64,000 nucleotides of DNA. Origin: an uncultured Halanaerobiales bacterium. GTDB taxonomy: Bacteria; Bacillota; Halanaerobiia; Halanaerobiales; M55B127. The translations under genes were made by a program, and so were the position numbers. Of this stretch, positions 50,928 through 57,410 are shown in pieces. The DNA lies in contig CAYSHP010000006.1 in NCBI GenBank assembly GCA_964430875.1, forward strand, positions 5,699 to 69,698, in the 5' to 3' direction. Position 1 is the stretch's first letter, and each line of letters starts with the position of its first letter. Below the pieces are notes generated by a model. It was given only the letters and a program-made list of their open reading frames with translations. It made no database searches and was not told the DNA's origin.

Positions 50928-51626
50928 ATGAAAGTTGATAAAATAATATTTATAAACATCTTAATAATATTATTGGTTTTCAGTATAAGTGGATTTACCT
51001 TTGCTGACAACGTTAGCTTTAGGATTTTTTCCTCCGGTATGAGAATTAATACTACTGTTGAAAGTATCGCTGAATTAAGGTTTAAAAATGTCGTCAAACA
51101 AAAATATGATATAAGCTGTGGATCAGCCGCCTTAGCTACTATATTTCAATTTAATTATAACGATGAGGTAAGTGAACAAGAAATCATCGATATGATTTTG
51201 GGAATTAAAAATATTAGTAGTCTAAAAAATGAATCTGGTTTTAATCTGCTAGATTTAAAAATGGCTGCAGAGTTTTTTGGATACACAGCTCATGGTTTAA
51301 AAGGTAGTCTTGCAGCTATTAGTAAAATTAATTTGCCAATGATTGTTCTCTTAGAAGCACCTCAGGGTCCTCATTTTGTAGTAGTTAGAAAAATCAATGA
51401 AGACTCTGTACAAGTGGCTGACCCTGCTTTGGGTAATCAGTCCATTAAAATTGATAAGTTTGAAAAACAATGGAATAATATATTATTGGCAATTGAAAGC
51501 CGAAATAAAGTCTTAAATGATAATCTTGAAGTTTATGAAATACCTCTTATAACAGGAGGAAAAGATATTATGAGGACTTTAAATGATAGTTGGACAAGAA
51601 TACCTTTTAACCATATAGAATTTTAG
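50928..51626 (+). CDS. A2: periplasmic C39-family cysteine peptidase
   Basis: Signal peptide ..FTFA|DNV. Q58-x5-C64 (KQKYDISCGSAALATIFQ), and H149 (GPHFVVV) with D165 exactly 16 residues later (VADPALG). These are the C39 catalytic set and spacing. AGGAGG SD. Confidence 0.85.
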   Translation: MKVDKIIFINILIILLVFSISGFTFADNVSFRIFSSGMRINTTVESIAELRFKNVVKQKYDISCGSAALATIFQFNYNDEVSEQEIIDMILGIKNISSLKNESGFNLLDLKMAAEFFGYTAHGLKGSLAAISKINLPMIVLLEAPQGPHFVVVRKINEDSVQVADPALGNQSIKIDKFEKQWNNILLAIESRNKVLNDNLEVYEIPLITGGKDIMRTLNDSWTRIPFNHIEF

Positions 51627-51673
51627 ACTAGGATATATTATAATAATCTCTTTAAAAGTTAAGGAGGGGGATA

Positions 51674-52051
51674 ATGAAAAACACATTTAAAATCAGTGGT
51701 TTGTTGTTTATGATTCTTATGTTAATACTCTTATCACCTTCTATAACAGCTGCTGATTTCCCCGCAGAATTTGAAAAGGTTTCTGATTCTGAATTGGCTG
51801 CTATAGAAGGAATGGGAAATATATTTGAAATTGTCGAAATTGCAGAAAACGGTTATGAGTTTAGCTATAGTGGAAATAGAGACAATGCTTTCCAAAATGC
51901 CTCAGGTATTATTAGTGTCAGCAATGTTTCTGGTAATGGTAATACAGTTCAAAATATCATAGACCTAAAAGTATGGATTATGAATATTAATGGAAACATA
52001 AATATTGATATTGATGATCTTGGACAATATCTTCAAGAAATGAATTTATAA
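51674..52051 (+). CDS. A3: small secreted one-repeat protein with double-glycine-type leader motif after the signal peptide
   Basis: Signal peptide ..SITA|ADFP. VSDSELAAIEGMG resembles LSxxELxxIxGG. One copy of the NAFxNAxGI..V.N.SGN.N..QN repeat. GGAGGGGG SD. Confidence 0.8.
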   Translation: MKNTFKISGLLFMILMLILLSPSITAADFPAEFEKVSDSELAAIEGMGNIFEIVEIAENGYEFSYSGNRDNAFQNASGIISVSNVSGNGNTVQNIIDLKVWIMNINGNINIDIDDLGQYLQEMNL

Positions 52052-52067
52052 ATAAAGAATGTTTTCA

Positions 52068-52101
52068 ACCCTCCATTTTTAAGGATGGAGGGTCCTTTTT
52101 T
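52068..52101 (+). terminator. Intra-operon terminator/attenuator between A3 and A4
   Basis: ACCCTCCAT-(8 nt)-ATGGAGGGT followed by CCTTTTTTAC. A similar CCTCCAT/ATGGRGG hairpin sits between B3 and B4. Confidence 0.7.
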
Positions 52102-52171
52102 ACTATAATTAAAAAGGATTAATAATATTAATAGCGAATTATAATTTATAAAATTGAGAGGAGTATAACTT

Positions 52172-53059
52172 ATGAAAAAAATATTAGTCTTTTTATTTAC
52201 TTTGCTTCTTTTTTTAATTTTTATTAATTTTAGTATAGGAGAAATAGTACAGGCCAAAAGTCCCTTTGAAATAGATGTCAGTTTATCTTATTTACATAGT
52301 TCAAATAATAGATTAGCGGTATCAGGTTATAGTGTAATTGAAGTATTAAATGTAGGAAAATTTGAAGTTAGAAAAATAAATAGAGATATACTATCAACAA
52401 ATATAAGATTAAGACACACCACACCTGAAACTAGTGTCGAATTGATAATACCTTATACCTTTAGAAGAGATGAAATTATTAAGTATGCAGATGTGGATTC
52501 TGACACAAATGAACCGACTAGAGAAGTATTAAGCGGGAATGGTTTGGGTGATATACTTTTAAATATACAAACAGATATCAAATATGGTGATGTACATCTG
52601 CAAAATACTCAAGTAAATCTAGGATTGAAAACTTCTACGGGTAAATGGTATGATCCTAAATCAGGTATGTCATTTACATCTGGTCATTATGGATTCAAAT
52701 TGGGTATATCACATATGATACCTATTGATCCCATAGTACTATTTGGAAGTACTAATTATTTTTGGAATATAAAACAATATAATGTAGATCCTGGAGATTC
52801 AATACAATATTCAATGGGGGTAGCCTATGCATTAACACAAAATTTCTCTGTTAATGCCCGCTTTGAGCATACTTTAACAGGAAGTACAGTAAATAATGGA
52901 AGAACAGTTATAGAATCAAGTTCTAATTCTGCAACTTTATATATGGGAGGAAGTTATGTTTCACAAAAAGGTGTTCCCTTTGATGTAATAATAGGTACTG
53001 GTTTAACTGAAGATGCTGCCGATTTCTCTTTTCAACTTAGTAGACCATTTTATTTCTAA
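52172..53059 (+). CDS. A4: small outer-membrane beta-barrel protein (candidate export pore)
   Basis: Signal peptide ..IVQA|KSP. Alternating amphipathic strands throughout. C-terminal beta-signal ..FQLSRPFYF ends in Phe. Size and pattern recall the 'MetA-pathway/transporter' OM barrel family (unverified). Confidence 0.75.
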   Translation: MKKILVFLFTLLLFLIFINFSIGEIVQAKSPFEIDVSLSYLHSSNNRLAVSGYSVIEVLNVGKFEVRKINRDILSTNIRLRHTTPETSVELIIPYTFRRDEIIKYADVDSDTNEPTREVLSGNGLGDILLNIQTDIKYGDVHLQNTQVNLGLKTSTGKWYDPKSGMSFTSGHYGFKLGISHMIPIDPIVLFGSTNYFWNIKQYNVDPGDSIQYSMGVAYALTQNFSVNARFEHTLTGSTVNNGRTVIESSSNSATLYMGGSYVSQKGVPFDVIIGTGLTEDAADFSFQLSRPFYF

Positions 53060-53093
53060 CTTTGTATAGATTGATAATTAAATATCTTTAGAT

Positions 53094-53121
53094 AAAAAGC
53101 AGCTTTAAAGCTGCTTTTTTT
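53094..53121. terminator. Bidirectional terminator shared by A4 (+) and regulator R2 (-)
   Basis: 18-nt palindrome AGCAGCTTTAAAGCTGCT flanked by an A-run and a T-run. Same CAGCTTTAAAGCTG core as the hairpin at 48486-48509. Confidence 0.8.
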
Positions 53122-54277
53122 ATATGCTATCAAAATTATATCTAATATCTTCCTTATTTATTTTAAGTTCTTCTTTAATCTCTTCTTTCAATCTTTTTAT
53201 AACTTTATTTACATCTGCTCTAGACATATCCTTAAGTAACATTAAATACTTATCAAAATCCCACCGAGTAATAACATCTCCTTTTCTTAATTCTTTTTCA
53301 ATAATATTTTCTACAATATAATCATTTTGTTTTAAAATATTTTCATTTTCAAATTTTAAATAACTAATAAAAACCGGTTTATCTCTCCTTTCATTCCGTC
53401 TCTCTTCTAATTCGTAAATCATTCTAAATATATCATTTTTACAACTAAAGGCCCCTTTGATATTATTTCTATTTTTTAGTTCTCCTTGAATATCATTAAT
53501 AAAATTATTATTTTTCTTATTATTTTCCGTAAAAATATTATTAAGTTTAGGTGATTTACTTATATCTAAATTTTCACTGAAAAGATTATTGGCATAATTA
53601 TAATGTGATCTAGCATGTGCATGCTCTCCTAACTTAATTAAAGCATCTAAATAATTACTATGAAGTTCTTCTTCATAAGATTCTATATTTAAAGCTTTTT
53701 CAGCTATTGACTCTATTTCTCTATATCTTTCATATTTTTTCAATAAATTAATGAATTCTAGAACTTTTTCAACAAATAACCAGTGGTAATTATTTCGATA
53801 AGGTATAACCCACTCTTGATAAGGTATTTCTGGTAAATAATCTCCTTGATATAAGTTTAAGGCCTCTTTATATAAAGGTATCGCTTGGGCTGGATTATTC
53901 TTTTTTAACTTAGTTGCTTTTTTACTCATTGCAATAAATTCTTCGATATCTAACCAATAGTTTGCATCCTGATTAAAAAAGCAGTTCCCATTAGAGTTGA
54001 TTATATATTGATCACTTTCTTCATTATTAAATAAATTTAGTTGTTTTCTTAATCTGTATACTAAATTTGTAATAGCATGTTTGGGTTTTTTAATATTCTT
54101 TTTAGGCCAAAGATCATTACTAATAACTTCAGAATGTAAGTTTTTTTCTTTTCCAGTAATTAAATATTTGAAAAATAACCACGGTTTTGAATTAAATTTT
54201 TCTTTGGGAGATAATATTTTGCCCTTATATTCAACTTTAAACTTACCTAAGGTATAAATTTCTAATATGTTATCCAT
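53120..54277 (-). CDS. Regulator R2: SARP/BTAD-type activator with degenerate GGDEF-like C-terminus (paralog of R1)
   Basis: YTLGKFKV..KPWLFFKYL..ITNLVYRLRKQL, then WLDIEEF..YQGDYLPE. C-terminal LRKGDVITRWDFDKYLMLL. GGTGGGG SD. Confidence 0.7.
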   Translation of the reverse strand: MDNILEIYTLGKFKVEYKGKILSPKEKFNSKPWLFFKYLITGKEKNLHSEVISNDLWPKKNIKKPKHAITNLVYRLRKQLNLFNNEESDQYIINSNGNCFFNQDANYWLDIEEFIAMSKKATKLKKNNPAQAIPLYKEALNLYQGDYLPEIPYQEWVIPYRNNYHWLFVEKVLEFINLLKKYERYREIESIAEKALNIESYEEELHSNYLDALIKLGEHAHARSHYNYANNLFSENLDISKSPKLNNIFTENNKKNNNFINDIQGELKNRNNIKGAFSCKNDIFRMIYELEERRNERRDKPVFISYLKFENENILKQNDYIVENIIEKELRKGDVITRWDFDKYLMLLKDMSRADVNKVIKRLKEEIKEELKINKEDIRYNFDSI

Positions 54278-54554
54278 AATACCCCACCAATTTATCTTTT
54301 TGGATAACTAATGTCTAGAATAATAATTACTTTTTAAAAATAAATAATATAAATTTCTTGTGAATACCTATCTTCATTTCTTTTAAATTAATTTTAACAA
54401 ACCTTAGTAATTTTATCAAGTTTTATTATCATATGTTATCTTATAAATCTAATAATGATTTTTTCATGAGTATTTTATGATTAAATAAATAATTTATCCC
54501 ACTATAAGTATATTAAAACTTATAATTACCATATTTTAAATTCATCTGTTAAAT

Positions 54555-54573
54555 TTTGTGATTTTCATGTGAG
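54555..54573. promoter_or_regulatory. TTTGTGATT-containing element (TGTGA-N6-TGTGA) about 190 bp upstream of B1
   Basis: Shares the 9-mer TTTGTGATT with the locus-A palindrome, at a similar distance from the start codon. Confidence 0.3.
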
Positions 54574-54659
54574 TTTGTTGTAATTATTTTCTGATAAGTG
54601 GTTGTTATGATATAAGCAAGCTGAATTGAAAACAAAATAATTAACTCGAAAGGTAGAAA

Positions 54660-54722
54660 CAAAAATATTTAATTACTTCCTTTTGGAATTATTGAGTTTT
54701 CAATTCAAAAATATTTAATTAC
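54660..54722 (+). repeat. 17-bp perfect direct repeat CAAAAATATTTAATTAC (x2, 46 bp apart) in the B1 leader
   Basis: Copies at 54660-54676 and 54706-54722. A 12-bp inverted repeat TGAATTGAAAAC / GTTTTCAATTCA (54622-54633 / 54696-54707) brackets the first copy. Confidence 0.5.
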
Positions 54723-54744
54723 AAAAACTTAGGAGGGTTTTAAA

Positions 54745-55257
54745 ATGAGAAAATTGTTAGGTATTGGCACTGCATTGATGGTTCTGATGGTATTAGTCGC
54801 TGTTCCAGCTGTAGCCCAGGAGGCATTTAATAATGAAGAAATGCCCGGCTATTATTATGGGGAAGATGTAATCTTTGATGATGCTGAGACTGAAGAAATT
54901 TATATCGGAGAAGAAATCTATTACAGAGATGATCTTATTACCAATAATGCCTTCCGAGATGCACTAGGTATAACAACCGTTCAACAAGCTGCTGGTAATG
55001 CTAGTGTTTTAGAAAGTAATGTTACTATTGAAGGCTTAGAAGAAGCAGATGAATTTGAATTAAGCGCTCAGGAAGTTGAAGTAGAAGAAGTACTAATTAT
55101 GGAAAGAGACTATACCAGAGTTGATACAATATCTGGTAACGCTTTCCGTAATGCAACTGGTATTACTACTGTTCAACAAGCTGCTGGTAATGCAAATGTC
55201 GTTCAATCTAATGTAGAGGTAAATATTGGAGCAGCCTTTGCAGCTCCCGAACTATAA
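54745..55257 (+). CDS. B1: secreted two-repeat N/Q/G-rich protein (paralogous role to A1)
   Basis: Signal peptide ..VPAVA|QEA. Highly acidic. Two repeats (..D.I..NAFR[DN]A.GITTVQQAAGNA.V..SNV) with 64-aa period. AGGAGGG SD. Confidence 0.8.
   Translation: MRKLLGIGTALMVLMVLVAVPAVAQEAFNNEEMPGYYYGEDVIFDDAETEEIYIGEEIYYRDDLITNNAFRDALGITTVQQAAGNASVLESNVTIEGLEEADEFELSAQEVEVEEVLIMERDYTRVDTISGNAFRNATGITTVQQAAGNANVVQSNVEVNIGAAFAAPEL
54916..55221 (+). repeat. Tandem coding repeat in B1
   Basis: Residues about 58-95 and 117-159. The core NAFR.A.GITTVQQAAGNA is identical in both copies. Confidence 0.85.
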
Positions 55258-55270
55258 CAAGAACAAATAA

Positions 55271-55300
55271 AGCAGGGTGTAATCACCCTGCTTTTCTATT
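55271..55300 (+). terminator. Intra-operon terminator/attenuator after B1
   Basis: AGCAGGGTG-TAAT-CACCCTGCT followed by TTTTCTATTTAT. Confidence 0.7.
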
Positions 55301-55327
55301 TATCAATGTAAAAGGGGAGAATTTAAA

Positions 55328-56023
55328 ATGAAAAACAAAAAACCTTTAATTATTATTATCATTTTATTTTTAATATTCAGTACAGTTGGTTTAGTCAAAG
55401 CAGGAAATGTAAAATTTCAGGTGTTCTCCTCTGGCCCTACAATAACTAGAAATATAAAAAGTAAAACTGAAATTAAATTTCATAAAATAGTTAAACAGAA
55501 ATATGATGTAAGTTGTGGCTCAGCTTCATTAGCAACCATATTTCAATATTACTATAATGATGAAATTTCAGAACAAGAAATAATAAATATAATAAAAAAC
55601 ATTAAAAATATTGACACTTTAAAAAATAGTGCTGGTTTTACTTTATTAGATTTAAAGATGGCTGCTGAGTTTTTAGGTTATAAAGCTTATGGTCTAAAAG
55701 GAGATATTAAAGCCATAAGAAAATTAGATCTACCAATAATTGTGCTTCTTAATTCCCCTAAAGGACCTCACTTTGTAGTTATTAAAGAAGTTAAAACCAA
55801 TTCTGTAAAAATAGCGGATCCAGCTCTTGGAAATTTAAATCTTAGTATTGAAAAATTTAAATCACAATGGAATAAAACATTACTAGCAATAGAAAGTAAA
55901 AATAGTATTGGAAATAATAATTTCAGCAGTTTTGAAAAGCCTAATTTACCACAAGAAAATCATATATTTAATTTAATTGAAAATAATTGGACTAGATTAC
56001 CAAAAGATCATAAAGAATTTTAA
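55328..56023 (+). CDS. B2: periplasmic C39-family cysteine peptidase (paralog of A2)
   Basis: Signal peptide ..LVKA|GNV. Q57-x5-C63 (KQKYDVSCGSASLATIFQ). GPHFVVI with Asp 16 residues after His (IADPALG). Confidence 0.85.
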   Translation: MKNKKPLIIIIILFLIFSTVGLVKAGNVKFQVFSSGPTITRNIKSKTEIKFHKIVKQKYDVSCGSASLATIFQYYYNDEISEQEIINIIKNIKNIDTLKNSAGFTLLDLKMAAEFLGYKAYGLKGDIKAIRKLDLPIIVLLNSPKGPHFVVIKEVKTNSVKIADPALGNLNLSIEKFKSQWNKTLLAIESKNSIGNNNFSSFEKPNLPQENHIFNLIENNWTRLPKDHKEF

Positions 56024-56069
56024 TTTATCTGGTTTTTAAATTGTAAAAATGAAAGGTAGGAGGGAGATC

Positions 56070-56441
56070 ATGCATAAAAAATTAATTGTTAAATTGATTA
56101 TGTCGGTATTAATGGTCTCAATTATTATAACTCCTATTTCAGCTGCCGAAATTCCCGAAGGGTTAAATAGTTTAAATGAAAAGGAATTATCAGGTATTAG
56201 AGGTATGGGGCAAAATTTTAGTATAGAACAAATAAATTCATCAAATGTAAAATTTAGATACAGTAGTAATAAAGATAACGCCTTTAAACATGCCTCAGGA
56301 GTTATGAATATAACAAATGTTTCCGGAAATGAAAATACAATAAATAATGTAGTAGACCTAAAGATTAATATCTATAATATTGAAGAAGTTGAAAATCTTG
56401 AACTATCTGATATTAAAAATATGGTCAATCTTAAAAATTAA
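56070..56441 (+). CDS. B3: small secreted one-repeat protein with double-glycine-type leader motif (paralog of A3)
   Basis: Start set at MHKKL (GGAGGGAG SD). Signal peptide ..PISA|AEIP. LNEKELSGIRGMG motif. Repeat DNAFKHASGVMNITNVSGNENTINN. Confidence 0.78.
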   Translation: MHKKLIVKLIMSVLMVSIIITPISAAEIPEGLNSLNEKELSGIRGMGQNFSIEQINSSNVKFRYSSNKDNAFKHASGVMNITNVSGNENTINNVVDLKINIYNIEEVENLELSDIKNMVNLKN

Positions 56442-56455
56442 TGGTTAATAAAAGA

Positions 56456-56486
56456 ATATCCTCCATTAATATGGGGGATATTTTTA
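56456..56486 (+). terminator. Intra-operon terminator/attenuator between B3 and B4
   Basis: ATATCCTCCAT-TAAT-ATGGGGGATAT (one G.U/mismatch) followed by TTTTTAC. Confidence 0.7.
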
Positions 56487-56521
56487 CTTAGTATTTAATA
56501 AATGATCTGGGGGTAAACAAA

Positions 56522-57391
56522 ATGAAAAAGCATATAATAATTTTTTCTTTATTAATAATGTTTTTATTCTCAAGCTTTATTTTGCAAACAAACTTTAGTC
56601 AAGCAAAAAGTCCCTTTGAAATAGAAATAGGTACTTCTTATTCGCATAGTTCTAATAACAGATTAAATGTGAGTGGATATAGTGTAGTTGAAGTGGTAAA
56701 TATAGGAAAGCTGGAAGTTAGAAAAATCAGAAGGGATATTTTGACTTCCAATTTAAAATTAAGATATAAAAATCAAAGATCAAGTTTTGAAATAGTAATA
56801 CCTTATAAAGTACAAAGAAAAAGTGTAATAAAATATGCGGACACTACTGAAAATGGAGAACCCACTGAAAAAATAAAAACTTCTCATGGTTTAGGCGATG
56901 TTATGATCAATTTAAATACAAATATTAAAAGCAAAAATACTAAATTTAATATAGGAGTTAAAACAACTACCGGGCAGGAATATGGTAATGAAACCGATAT
57001 GAATTTTGGTTCTAATTATTATGGTTTAAAATTAGGCATAAGTCATATAAAACAATTAGATCCTGTAGTCTTTTTTGGCAGTGTAAATTACTTTTGGAAT
57101 ATAGAAAAAGATAATTATAATCCAGGTGATACATTACAATATTCTTTAGGCTTAGCATATGCTTTAAGTCAAAACTTATCTTTAAACACTAGAATCGAAC
57201 AGTCTATAACTTCTAGTTCATATCAAAATAATGACAAAATAATTGGTACCAGTATAAATGCATCCTCCTTATATTTAGGAACTAATTATACAAATCAAAG
57301 TGGCTCTTCCTTTAATTTTCTTATTGGTCTTGGTCTATCTGAAGATTCTGTTGATTATTCTCTACAAATAAATAAGCCATATTATTTTTAA
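56522..57391 (+). CDS. B4: small outer-membrane beta-barrel protein (paralog of A4)
   Basis: Signal peptide ..FSQA|KSP. Same N-terminal KSPFEI.. block as A4. C-terminus ..LQINKPYYF. Confidence 0.75.
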   Translation: MKKHIIIFSLLIMFLFSSFILQTNFSQAKSPFEIEIGTSYSHSSNNRLNVSGYSVVEVVNIGKLEVRKIRRDILTSNLKLRYKNQRSSFEIVIPYKVQRKSVIKYADTTENGEPTEKIKTSHGLGDVMINLNTNIKSKNTKFNIGVKTTTGQEYGNETDMNFGSNYYGLKLGISHIKQLDPVVFFGSVNYFWNIEKDNYNPGDTLQYSLGLAYALSQNLSLNTRIEQSITSSSYQNNDKIIGTSINASSLYLGTNYTNQSGSSFNFLIGLGLSEDSVDYSLQINKPYYF

Positions 57392-57410
57392 CAAATAATA
57401 TGGCTAAAGA

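Noticed and set aside
50753-51097. 114-aa minus-strand ORF overlapping the A1 3' end, the A1-A2 spacer and the A2 5' end (also 52033-52257 overlapping the A3-A4 spacer)
   Set aside because: Both overlap well-supported plus-strand genes and hairpins. They have no SD and show AT-rich codon-noise composition.
48486-53115. Repeated CAGCTTTAAAGCTG palindromes considered as CRISPR-like or transposon inverted repeats
   Set aside because: There are only two copies, 4.6 kb apart. Each sits directly after a stop codon with a U-tract, so they behave as terminators. There are no spacers, cas genes or transposase.
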